Source: an uncultured virus (IMG/VR IMGVR_UViG_3300008116_000013) (taxonomy: Duplodnaviria > Heunggongvirae > Uroviricota > Caudoviricetes). From it: a stretch of 64,000 nt of DNA. This document shows positions 20,701 through 30,097 of this stretch, in pieces. How positions within the stretch are numbered: position 1 is the first letter of the stretch; the number at the start of each line of letters is the position of its first letter. Under the pieces are notes generated by a model. The model had not been told where the DNA came from. It made no database searches and saw only the letters and a program-made list of their open reading frames with translations. Both the position numbers and the translations under genes were made by a program. The DNA lies in the IMG/VR virus record IMGVR_UViG_3300008116_000013; one strand, given 5' to 3'.

Positions 20701-23700
20701 TCCAACATAATTTAAAGTAGATCCAATTCCAACTGAAGTTGCAGCAACTCCAATAAAAGTTGAATTTGGTCTGTAAATTAATTCTTCACCTGTACTAAAG
20801 AAATGATTTGAAATATTAAAGTTTCCAGTTGATGGTTCTAATACTAAAGAATTTGAGGGATCAAAAGTTTTCATGAAAATTGGCACGCCATTATATTTAA
20901 GATCAAATTGAAGAGTATTAATATCATCATCATTAATAGCAAAGTACTTAGAAACTCCAACTGATTCTAAAACATTACTATATTCTAAATTTGGAGCAAT
21001 ATTTACATAATCATTTTCTCTATAAAAACTTTGATTAAAACTTAAAATTTCAAAAGTTCCTGAGAATCCTGCATCAGGATAAAATTTCAATGATACTGTT
21101 GATCCAGATATTTCACCACCAAAAGTTCCTATTCCAGAAGTGCTTCCTATTGATAAGAATGGATATTGAGTTGTATAAACATTATTAGAATCTGAAATAA
21201 GCATTACTTGATGTAATGCACTTGTTTGACCAATACTTACCTTTAAAACTGATTTTACTGCATTAAATTGTGTAGACTGATATGAAATAATAGTTGATGC
21301 TGATGAAACATTTGTATATAATGAATCATATTTCACAGTATTTTCATATCCTTCAAGTTGAGCTGGTTGTTTAAATCTATATGTCCCTATACCAGATCCA
21401 GATGCAGTTGTTCCAAATCCAATATTTTTGGATCGAATTGTTATACTATTGGTTGAAGTATTTGTGCAGGTTAATGATAAAATACCACTTGGACTAATGG
21501 AAGCTCCAAATGATCCAATAAAATTAGAACTCATTCCATCTTCACTATCAAAATAAAATTCTGATATATTTGTATCTGTACCATTATGATCTACAAAAAG
21601 TTCAACATAATTCATTTCATTAGTTACATTATCAATTAAATGAATTTCAGAATGAATAGATTCTATTACTGCAGCACTTGATTCTAATAAAATTGCAGTT
21701 GAACCTGAAGAAACTGTAGATGTTGTTCCAGTGAGATTAATAAATCCTATAGAAGCAGTGCCTACACCTGAAGTGTAATTTGTAAAGGTGGTATTTAAAT
21801 ATTTTATATTATAAGATGTATTGTATCCTTCTCTAGGAGTAAACTTAAGATAGTAATCTCCAGTGCTATCATCAATGTATCCATAAACATCTCCAATACT
21901 ATTTGAAATATAACCAGTTTCAATTGAAGATCCTACAGATATTGTTCCTTTTTCTAACGTAATAATATTGGAATTATCATTTAAGACTATTACTTCATTA
22001 AATTGAGATTGGGAATAGTCCTTACTTGATATTTGTACGAGATACTTATTATACTTTCTAGAAGAAATGATATCTACAATTTTTGCAGAAGTATCTAAAT
22101 CAAGTGCCTGGTCGGAGGTTGAAAATTCAGAACTAATATCATCAATTTCAAGAACTCTGTTTGTTCTGCATTCAAAATAATTTGATAGTCTTTTATTTTG
22201 GAGTTTTACAAATCTAGAAATATTTTTAGTTTGATTCACATCAAAATCCTGAACAAAATCAAAATTATTAATTGTATCTACTCTATTTTCATCTATAATA
22301 TTGTAGTAAGAATTGACATACTCTTCTACATTTGTTGTTCCAACACCAACATTCTGAATAATTTGAGTATCTGCAAAGTTTTTGAGACCACTTGGATGAA
22401 GTATTCCATTTACAGGACTTACTATATCAATCCATTCTTGATTACTTTTTACAGTATATGATAAATTTTGATAATAATCATTATCAGATATGACTTGAGT
22501 ATCTTCATCTAATTTACCAATATTATCTGACCATCCAATATTTTGAACTGATGAATAATCAATGATAAATTGTCCGGTTGATTCTTTAACTTCATTAATT
22601 GTAGCGATTGAACCAGATTGAGTTCCGCGTATAATTTGACCTTTTTCTAATTCATATGATCCCGAAGTCTTAATATAATTATTATTTGATTCTGAAATTT
22701 TTAAATCTTTTTCAATAAAATTACTTTGTTCTTTTATTTCTAGCGATTCTCCAATAATAAAATTTGAAAAAACTTGATTAAAGTTAAATGATGGATAATC
22801 ACTGTAGTTAATAATTCTTCCATAATTATTATCGAGTGTTTTTGCAATTCCTGGATTTGTTGTTAAACCTGATAAATTAAATCTTACAACTGCTGGGGTA
22901 CTTGATGTTGATGCAGTATAACTAGAAACTGTAAAAAATTGATAACCATAATTTTCAGAATTTAGTCCATCTCCTTCAGTTCCATACTTTTCAATTCCCT
23001 CTACATAAATTTTATCACCAACTGCAAATGGTTCTACACTAAAACCAGATGATGGTGATAGTAAAGAACAAGTTACTATTCCAGATGATGAAGATTGTAT
23101 AGAACTAATACCAACTCCATTTGAATTATTAATTACTTTCATAGTAACAGGATTTTCAGGCAATCCCTTTGGTTCAATAATAACATTGACTGATGTAATT
23201 ACATTTGCGGATAAATTTGCTAGAATTAATCCCGAATCAATTTTTTCTCCAGTATCAGAATTTACTAAAATTATATCTGGTGCTGAAATATAATTTTTTC
23301 CACCATATGTAACATTAACTTCCTCAATTGTTTTTGAATTTTCAATAGTTAAAAACTTAGGAATAGATGCTTCTGGTCGCAAAGTTTTATCTGAAGAATA
23401 TTCAAAACCTTCATTTAGAATTCTAATTTCATTAATTTGTCCAACATAATCTGATTTTGGTATAATATATGCACCTGTTCCTGAAATTGAATCAATTCCT
23501 TCGAATACTGGTAACTTTTTAAAATTGGATCCTGCTGAAATTGTCCTAACCTTAGAAACTCCACCAGAAGCACTTGCAGAAGTTGTAGTGTATTCTAAAC
23601 TATCACAATCACTTTGAGTATAATAATTTTTCTCTGGTGATTTTGTTAATGAAATACTAAATGTTGTTGTCCCAACTCCAGAAATATTGTAAGAACCATT

Positions 23701-26700
23701 ATAATAACTATCAATAAAATTAATTTGAGAATAATTTTGAACTTCTTTATCAGCAGTGCTAATGTAACCAGATTTCTCTAAGGCATAGAATAGTTGAGTT
23801 GGTAAACCTTCACTATAATTAATTGTTAGCGAAGCATTGGTTGATATCCCAACAGTTCCTAGACCACTTACAGAGAATGTGGATGTAGATCCTATAGAAA
23901 TAAATTCATCCTTAAATTCCTGATCATAGAATATTTTAAACTTATAACCAGATAGAGAAGAATCCGTTAAATTGAATACAAGGTTATTATTTTTGATTGT
24001 AGGAATTGCTGGATTGATTTGAGCAAAAGTTGCAGTTGTAAAAGAAAAATTATTGACTATGAGAGGAGGATTTGAAATTGAATCAAGATACGTTTCACAA
24101 ATATTAATGGTATCTTTATCAATTTTATAAACAAAGTATTCTTTTTTATTGTTTACAAAATAATCTAAGAAAATTTTATTGCCCGTTTCGAGTCCATGAT
24201 TTGGAATATATAAAACATTTCCATAATTTTTAACAGCTGGAGCTACATTAAATCCTAAAGCACCAGGAGATATATCTCCTGGTGCAGAGGCAAATCTTGC
24301 AATTAAAAGACCATCTCCAAGAGGTTGTACTAATCCACTACCATCAACATCAAAATAAGAACTGACTATTCCACATCTTGCGTAACATGTTGCATGTGTT
24401 GTTCTAATTGCATTTTGTGGGAATGTAATTCCAGTTGCAATATTCGGAAAAGATGCAAGTCCAAATAGATATCTTGTAATTAATACTCCATCATTATAAC
24501 TTACAACTCCATCCCCATCAATATCAAATTGAGTGTAGTTATCCCAAATGTAATCATATATTTGTTGAGCATTTCTAGTTGCTGTGGGAGAAATTGCACT
24601 ACTAGTCCAAGCTATTCCAACTGCAGTATCTAAAGTTACAACTCTAGTTGGGTATGTGTAACTAAATTCGGAAGCACTACCAACTCCTGATACATTACTT
24701 CCTGTAAGTGATAATGAATTAATTAGTAATTTGTTATATGCTTGATTATATTTTAATCTAACAGCAGTAGAAGTTCCAATACCAACGGAAAGATTTGGTT
24801 TTACTGAAAGATTAATTATATCTCCAGAAATGAGTTCGTGAGATGTTGAAACTGAAACTTGAGTTACAATTTTTTCAATATCACCCTTTACTTGTGTAAA
24901 GTTTGATTGTAAGGAATATTGATAATCATTAGAACCATTATTGATAAAGAACAAACCACTTGTTGATGTTGTCAATCCAATTTGAGTGACAATACCAATA
25001 TGATCTACTGATTTTTTAATTATATAAACAGTTTGACTATCTCCACTTGAAGGTAAATTAAATGCCGTGCTTCCTTCAGTATTCGCAACAGAAATTGCAG
25101 ATGCACTTGAAGGTTTTGTGAAAGTTACTGCTTGATTTGTTTTAAATGAATGATTTGGTAAATAAATTGATTGAGTTGGAATTGAGATGAGATTATTAGT
25201 TTGAACTCCAATGTTGTTAATAACTTTAACATCAATACCAGAAGTAGTGCCTACACCAATAGATTGATTTGCATTAAAATAAATTAAATCATTAATTTTA
25301 GATTCAAAATAATCTACAGATTTATTAACTATAAATGTGTCTGTATTGAAATATATTGGTGTTGTTGCAGTATGAGCAGCGCCAGTTGTTTCTCTAACAA
25401 CTCTAAGTACATTTTGAACCGGAAAAATATTTAATACTGATAATCTTTCTGATTCTATTGTTAAACTACTTCCTATAGAAATATTTTCAGGGATATTAGA
25501 AACATAAACATCAGTAACAATACCAGCTGCTGAATATGATGGAATTTCTTGAATAATAACTGATGTATATGAAGTTACTCCTATTTGTTGAAATCCATTT
25601 AATGAAGAAAGTGATGTGGAAAAACCAGAAATGTTTACATAATCTAGATTTTCAAAATTGTGTTTTGGACTAACTTTAACTTCAACTTGATTTCCATTTT
25701 TCCAAGTGAAAATTGCATCATTATATGATGTTATTGAAGTTTGTAAGTTTGAAATTTCTTCACCTTTAATTTCAGATACTTGTGCTATTAGTCCTCCACC
25801 ATTTGTATTTTCTTCATTGAATTGTAAAGTATTCCCAATTTTATAGTTATATCCAGAATTTATGATATCAAAACTATCAATTGAACCAAAAGTGACTGAT
25901 TCAACAACTGCAGTTTGATTAACAATTTCGTTTGATTCAATTATAAAATCATTATCAGCATAGTTATCATTAACTTTATATGGAAATGTATTTCTGACTA
26001 AATTAGAATTATTAAAATCAAATGATTGATTTAAAGTTTTGTTTTCTGCTATAAATTTGGATCTATATCTGTCTCCAATAAAATATGGAAAACTGCCAAC
26101 TACATTGTTTTCATCATCAATTATTGATGTTGCAAAATAAGCATATACTCCATTTGGAAATTCTGGAGTTATACAGTATCTTCCATTATATTCATCTAAA
26201 TCTCCAGAATTTGTAAATTTGTAGTCTTCTACAAAAAATCCAGAGTTAAATCCAGATGGTCTGTTTAAAATATTTGCAGTATTTAAAGTATAACCAGATA
26301 CTAATTTTTTAAGTGTTGAATTATCTTTTGGATTTTCATAACCATATGGTCCATAAATTGGATTACCATCATATGCCCATCCAATAATAGGTGAGTGAAT
26401 TGTTCCATCATCAAAAAATTGAGATTGCCCCTCATACCTTTTAAATTCTGATTGAAGCGTTTGAGAATATGAAAAAACTCCATATTGCAAATTATTATAT
26501 GATGATGTTACTAGATCTACTGCCTCTAAAGAAGTATCATCTATATCTTTATATAAAACATTTTTTTTAACTGTAATAGATCTTACTTGAGGATCAAGTA
26601 AAACATTTTTGCCTGCAGGGATTACTGAAATAGTGGTATTTGCAGTGGAGTATCCTGTACCAGGATTTACAACAATCACGTCAGTAATTTTATTATTAAC

Positions 26701-29700
26701 CACAATAGCTCTCAAAGCAGCACCAGTTCCTGTGCCAGTTACAATAATATCTGGAGTTGAATAGTATTCAGTTCCACCATATTGAACAAAAACATCTTGT
26801 ATTGATCCATTAATAATGTTTGCTTTAAGTTGAGCATCTTTACCATTTTTAATGGAAATAGATGGTTTTTTATGGTAGTTTAAAATTGTAGATCCATAGT
26901 CAGATCCTTTCTCATAAACATAAACATCTACAATTTCTCCACGTATAGTTGGAGTTGCATCAATAACACCTGTAATTTGAGTGCTACCAAAACCAACTGC
27001 AGAATATTCTACTTTTAAATAAATATCTGGATAATTGAAAACGTGATAACCAGAACCTGTAGATCCTAAACTAATATAATTTTTTCTTAAATAATTTGTT
27101 CTTACTGTTCCTCCAATGCCAGCATTAGATAATTTAAAAGTATCATTATCAACCTTAAGAACATAGTATTGATTTGTTGTAGTCAATCCTGATATTAAAT
27201 TACCTGTACTTGAATATACAATTAATTCACCATCTTTAAAACCGTGATTTGAAAATGAGATTGTATGATTGATTGTAGAAATTCCAGTTGGAACAACTCT
27301 TAATTTTCTATTTGTATATCCACTTCCTTGATTTATGATCTTAATTTCAGATAGAGTATTTTTTGGTTCTGTAGCAAACTTATGAATACCACTTGTACCA
27401 ATTGTTGTAAATCCTACAGTATTAATTCCAGATTTAAAATCCTCAAATGACTCATAAAGTTGAATTGTATTATTACTGATAAATTTGCTATAATATAATG
27501 ACTCATTTTTAAGTGTCCTTCCAGTATTAGCATCTGATCCATAATAAGTGCCAATACCCAATGGAGAATTTCCACCCTGTCTATAAAGAATAGGTTGACC
27601 ATCATATAAATTATGATCACTAAGAAATGTAATAGTTTCAAAAGTTGTACTTATTCCACCACCATTTGATATTTCTCTTGCATCAAATGCAATCTCTCTT
27701 CTTTTTCTTTCTACAATTGGTTCAAAAGTAGCATCTGTCCCATTTCCACCGGTTAAAGCAACTGAAACAATAACGTCAATATCAAAATCTTGAGGATCAA
27801 CATAAATTTTTTCTACTGAACCACTAATGACTGGTTGAACAAGAGCAGATCCAGAGGACAGTGATAGTAATGGGGGGTTAATAACATCATAACCAGTTCC
27901 CCCACTTAGTACATTTACAGACTCTAGGGGTCCATAGTAAATTTTTTTATCAGATTTATAATTAAAAATTTCAACTCCATTAACTAAAATTCCAACTGCT
28001 CCAGGAAGTGTTAAATCAGATTTACCATCACCAATATTATTGGAAATAGGAAATTTTCTAAGTATTTTTTGTGGTGATAAAACTTTTTGTTTTTGAGAAT
28101 CTAAAATAAAATTATGTGTACCATCCGTTAAAGTGCCAAAAGACACATAGTTTTCAGTTCCAACTAAACTCTTAGAAAGATATAGTTTAATTTGTTGATT
28201 ATTTGTTCCTGAAACAACTTCGACATAATATAATCCTTCACTCAATCCTGAGATTGGGGTATCTGAAGCAGTATAGTATATTTCACTACCTGTCAAAAAA
28301 GAAACTCTTTCTGAAAAAGTAATGGTTGAATATAATTGTGTGATTGAGTTTTTTCCACTAACTCCAGAAGCATTATAAGAAAAGAGTGAATTTGAAATTT
28401 GATATGATGGCAATGAGTTTGAGGCAACATACATGTGCTCATTATTTTCATCATAAACATTTTGAACGTCTGAAGTTGTAGGATTATATTCAAATTCTAC
28501 ATTAGAAGCATTAGCATTTTTAATCTTTCTTCTAATATCATATTTTAAATCTGGTAAAAGACTAAAACCCTCTGCAATTGTTATTTGATTTTCAAAAATT
28601 GAAGTTATTTCTAAATTAGAATTTATTATAGTTTGGGAATCACGAGTTAAAATGTCAATATAATCACCGACTTTAAGACTAGATTTATCAATATTACTTT
28701 TTAGAGTAATTTGTGGAGTTGAAAAAGAATCAATTTGATATCTTGAGCTGGTATTGTAAATCCAACTATTTGCAAAAATTTCTTTATAAGTTTTTTGAAT
28801 TGGTAATTGTGGATTTTTTATAATTGTTCCAATATTTTTAACTTTTATTTGTTCACCTATGGAAATTGAAGAATTTGTAGTGATTGGTTTATAATTTGAT
28901 ATAACTCCAGTAATTCTAATTTCGACTTTTTTAGATTTATCTCCTTCAGCATACCCATAATATGTTTCATCTGAATAAATGGTAGAAGCAGTTGCAATAC
29001 CAGATGTAACTCCGGAACATCCAAAAAATTGGTTAATACTTTTATCAATATATGTAATTTTATTATTTCCAGAATAAATTGTTCCAGATTGTGGAAATCC
29101 TAATGTTGAATCTACAGTAATGACTGAATCACCTTCACTTACATAATTTAAATTTTTTGTGTTCCCTGTAATATTGAAAGTTCCTGTTATTGTTGGGAAT
29201 GCATCATCATAACCAATAAAAAGTAAAAGTTTGTAATATGTTTTATTTTTTCTTCGAATTATCTCAACTTCTGATACCGAAGCTGATGTTGTAATATCAT
29301 TGTTTTTAAATATTGTTTGACCTTTTAATTGTAAAGGATCTCCTGAAATTACATCAGCAATAACAACCGCTCTCCTTACATAAGTTGATGATGATGGTTT
29401 TAACAAAAATTGTTCAAGATCAATTACCTTTGGAGTTTCACCAAATAAAACATTAAAAAGAATTTTAAATGATTCTTCAGTCCCTTTAGATTCATAAAGA
29501 GTTCTTGCTTCTTTAATGAAATTGCCAACATTCAAATCTGAAACAAAATCTTTGTTTTCTAGATCTGGAGTTAAAGAATATTTAATTTTTTTATAAAATT
29601 CTTTTAAAAATAAAGAGCTTAAATTTTGTACGGTCGATAATCCTACATGTGATGCTGAGTTTGATGTAGAAAATACCAGTTCTTCAGATTGGAGATCATG

Positions 29701-30096
29701 ATGATAATTTGTAATTCCAGAAAAACCACGAACACAACCGGTGAAGGTATTTGTAGTTAATCCAGTATATGTAATAATTTCATCATCAATTTTTAAAAGA
29801 CCATAATTTTGAGGAAATCCTTTGGTTGTTGAAACTTCAATAGTAGTTGTGGACGAAGAAATATCAGTAGAAAGAGTTGTAAATCCAACTATTACTTCCG
29901 GAGTTAAGTTATCAAGTTTTAAATATTGATCTAGATTTTCAGCAATGTCAACTGTTGCTCCTTGATTTTCTAGAGAAATATAATATTGCTTCAGAAAGTC
30001 TACAACTTTTGGACTCTCATCTAAAATAAATTCAGGAAGTTGACTATCAATTATTTGTTGTACTTTTATCCTAGAGTCAAAACCTGTTTGTATCAT
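17725..30096 (-). CDS. gp7: Giant baseplate wedge initiator (gp7-like), 4123 aa, with a YHYH-like domain and a dockerin-like insert
   Basis: Position between gp6 and gp8; SQLPEFI...FLKQYY...YESKGTEESFKILFNVLFG N-terminus; DNDYYQNLSY...LHPSGLKNF; HSPIIGWAYDGNPIYGPYGY...GDLDEYNGR. Confidence 0.8.
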   Translation of the reverse strand: MIQTGFDSRIKVQQIIDSQLPEFILDESPKVVDFLKQYYISLENQGATVDIAENLDQYLKLDNLTPEVIVGFTTLSTDISSSTTTIEVSTTKGFPQNYGLLKIDDEIITYTGLTTNTFTGCVRGFSGITNYHHDLQSEELVFSTSNSASHVGLSTVQNLSSLFLKEFYKKIKYSLTPDLENKDFVSDLNVGNFIKEARTLYESKGTEESFKILFNVLFGETPKVIDLEQFLLKPSSSTYVRRAVVIADVISGDPLQLKGQTIFKNNDITTSASVSEVEIIRRKNKTYYKLLLFIGYDDAFPTITGTFNITGNTKNLNYVSEGDSVITVDSTLGFPQSGTIYSGNNKITYIDKSINQFFGCSGVTSGIATASTIYSDETYYGYAEGDKSKKVEIRITGVISNYKPITTNSSISIGEQIKVKNIGTIIKNPQLPIQKTYKEIFANSWIYNTSSRYQIDSFSTPQITLKSNIDKSSLKVGDYIDILTRDSQTIINSNLEITSIFENQITIAEGFSLLPDLKYDIRRKIKNANASNVEFEYNPTTSDVQNVYDENNEHMYVASNSLPSYQISNSLFSYNASGVSGKNSITQLYSTITFSERVSFLTGSEIYYTASDTPISGLSEGLYYVEVVSGTNNQQIKLYLSKSLVGTENYVSFGTLTDGTHNFILDSQKQKVLSPQKILRKFPISNNIGDGKSDLTLPGAVGILVNGVEIFNYKSDKKIYYGPLESVNVLSGGTGYDVINPPLLSLSSGSALVQPVISGSVEKIYVDPQDFDIDVIVSVALTGGNGTDATFEPIVERKRREIAFDAREISNGGGISTTFETITFLSDHNLYDGQPILYRQGGNSPLGIGTYYGSDANTGRTLKNESLYYSKFISNNTIQLYESFEDFKSGINTVGFTTIGTSGIHKFATEPKNTLSEIKIINQGSGYTNRKLRVVPTGISTINHTISFSNHGFKDGELIVYSSTGNLISGLTTTNQYYVLKVDNDTFKLSNAGIGGTVRTNYLRKNYISLGSTGSGYHVFNYPDIYLKVEYSAVGFGSTQITGVIDATPTIRGEIVDVYVYEKGSDYGSTILNYHKKPSISIKNGKDAQLKANIINGSIQDVFVQYGGTEYYSTPDIIVTGTGTGAALRAIVVNNKITDVIVVNPGTGYSTANTTISVIPAGKNVLLDPQVRSITVKKNVLYKDIDDTSLEAVDLVTSSYNNLQYGVFSYSQTLQSEFKRYEGQSQFFDDGTIHSPIIGWAYDGNPIYGPYGYENPKDNSTLKKLVSGYTLNTANILNRPSGFNSGFFVEDYKFTNSGDLDEYNGRYCITPEFPNGVYAYFATSIIDDENNVVGSFPYFIGDRYRSKFIAENKTLNQSFDFNNSNLVRNTFPYKVNDNYADNDFIIESNEIVNQTAVVESVTFGSIDSFDIINSGYNYKIGNTLQFNEENTNGGGLIAQVSEIKGEEISNLQTSITSYNDAIFTWKNGNQVEVKVSPKHNFENLDYVNISGFSTSLSSLNGFQQIGVTSYTSVIIQEIPSYSAAGIVTDVYVSNIPENISIGSSLTIESERLSVLNIFPVQNVLRVVRETTGAAHTATTPIYFNTDTFIVNKSVDYFESKINDLIYFNANQSIGVGTTSGIDVKVINNIGVQTNNLISIPTQSIYLPNHSFKTNQAVTFTKPSSASAISVANTEGSTAFNLPSSGDSQTVYIIKKSVDHIGIVTQIGLTTSTSGLFFINNGSNDYQYSLQSNFTQVKGDIEKIVTQVSVSTSHELISGDIINLSVKPNLSVGIGTSTAVRLKYNQAYNKLLINSLSLTGSNVSGVGSASEFSYTYPTRVVTLDTAVGIAWTSSAISPTATRNAQQIYDYIWDNYTQFDIDGDGVVSYNDGVLITRYLFGLASFPNIATGITFPQNAIRTTHATCYARCGIVSSYFDVDGSGLVQPLGDGLLIARFASAPGDISPGALGFNVAPAVKNYGNVLYIPNHGLETGNKIFLDYFVNNKKEYFVYKIDKDTINICETYLDSISNPPLIVNNFSFTTATFAQINPAIPTIKNNNLVFNLTDSSLSGYKFKIFYDQEFKDEFISIGSTSTFSVSGLGTVGISTNASLTINYSEGLPTQLFYALEKSGYISTADKEVQNYSQINFIDSYYNGSYNISGVGTTTFSISLTKSPEKNYYTQSDCDSLEYTTTSASASGGVSKVRTISAGSNFKKLPVFEGIDSISGTGAYIIPKSDYVGQINEIRILNEGFEYSSDKTLRPEASIPKFLTIENSKTIEEVNVTYGGKNYISAPDIILVNSDTGEKIDSGLILANLSANVITSVNVIIEPKGLPENPVTMKVINNSNGVGISSIQSSSSGIVTCSLLSPSSGFSVEPFAVGDKIYVEGIEKYGTEGDGLNSENYGYQFFTVSSYTASTSSTPAVVRFNLSGLTTNPGIAKTLDNNYGRIINYSDYPSFNFNQVFSNFIIGESLEIKEQSNFIEKDLKISESNNNYIKTSGSYELEKGQIIRGTQSGSIATINEVKESTGQFIIDYSSVQNIGWSDNIGKLDEDTQVISDNDYYQNLSYTVKSNQEWIDIVSPVNGILHPSGLKNFADTQIIQNVGVGTTNVEEYVNSYYNIIDENRVDTINNFDFVQDFDVNQTKNISRFVKLQNKRLSNYFECRTNRVLEIDDISSEFSTSDQALDLDTSAKIVDIISSRKYNKYLVQISSKDYSQSQFNEVIVLNDNSNIITLEKGTISVGSSIETGYISNSIGDVYGYIDDSTGDYYLKFTPREGYNTSYNIKYLNTTFTNYTSGVGTASIGFINLTGTTSTVSSGSTAILLESSAAVIESIHSEIHLIDNVTNEMNYVELFVDHNGTDTNISEFYFDSEDGMSSNFIGSFGASISPSGILSLTCTNTSTNSITIRSKNIGFGTTASGSGIGTYRFKQPAQLEGYENTVKYDSLYTNVSSASTIISYQSTQFNAVKSVLKVSIGQTSALHQVMLISDSNNVYTTQYPFLSIGSTSGIGTFGGEISGSTVSLKFYPDAGFSGTFEILSFNQSFYRENDYVNIAPNLEYSNVLESVGVSKYFAINDDDINTLQFDLKYNGVPIFMKTFDPSNSLVLEPSTGNFNISNHFFSTGEELIYRPNSTFIGVAATSVGIGSTLNYVGVVTNLLPPVVYAIKINNDKFKIATRKEYAAAGIAVTFTSVGLGNAHELEMVKKNEKSIITIDNIIQSPISYSLLNYTVNNGTSIGAATTFFALSGISSILIGDILKIDNEYMKVENVGFGTTYSGPISFAGTFPLVGVKRGFVGSSATSHSNSGIASVYRGSFNISKSAIYFTYPPQGSLEDQLLVDFDELPEAKSYFNGRVFLRKDYTSNVVYDNISENFTGIGQTYKLTVGGGNTIGLGTIGGNGIVLINGIYQTPTTENNINNNFRIFEDTVVGVSSIVFSGITSTNGSLIVSESDINLNQLPRGGVIVSLGSTPGLGYAPLVGASVTSIISGGIITSIGIGTTGNWGSGYTNPVSVAVTDSTGNGSIISANVGAGGTLSFTIVNGGSGYTNPTINVSAPSYSNLTVIGVSRLGIGTTTSCGTGLLVNVDVGACSTTGIGSTLFEVTNFEIVRNGYGFKPGDVVKVVGLVTAYGLSSPISEFKLTVVDTFTDSFSAWQFGELDYIDSIKNLQDGLRVRFPLYYNSQLLSFEKNSKDQDSQLIDFNTLLVIFINGILQQPGVAYQFNGGTSFTFTEPPKVEDNISIYFYRGSSLDSEYITVFETLKPGDDIQILSNNLLSGITTTQNSRVISGIVTSDIIETSPYGFQGIDASNFKPLNWTKQKVDKVIDGELISKSRDSIEPQIYPTAKIIKDLTSTDGTIYVDNSEFFNYESEITPDFNALIISGTPDPVSAAVTAVVSIAGTIQSLSINNAGGGYVGASINVSISSPMRIGVGIGTTANASISIVNGSLSAVTINNPGFGYTTSNPPQVLVPLPDPTYENITNITAVAGKSGNLTGIGTTVGIGTDLALRFTAQNFDSLVPSLSIGDYIFVYDTIVGNGVTSIINSNTDVIGIGTICVDNIYRISAISAGVVTCNIHSQTSIVGIATTGDNVGKFSWGKLSSLTRSLTPISIGISGFTVNSGLTTFPTIQRRNYGLRNTGAIKKDL

Positions 30097-30097
30097 A

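Noticed and set aside
17725..30096. Frequent GIGT/VGIGTT and GxGY motifs as a nucleotide-level repeat system
   Set aside because: They are protein-level structural repeats with divergent codons, typical of cyanomyovirus tail and baseplate proteins
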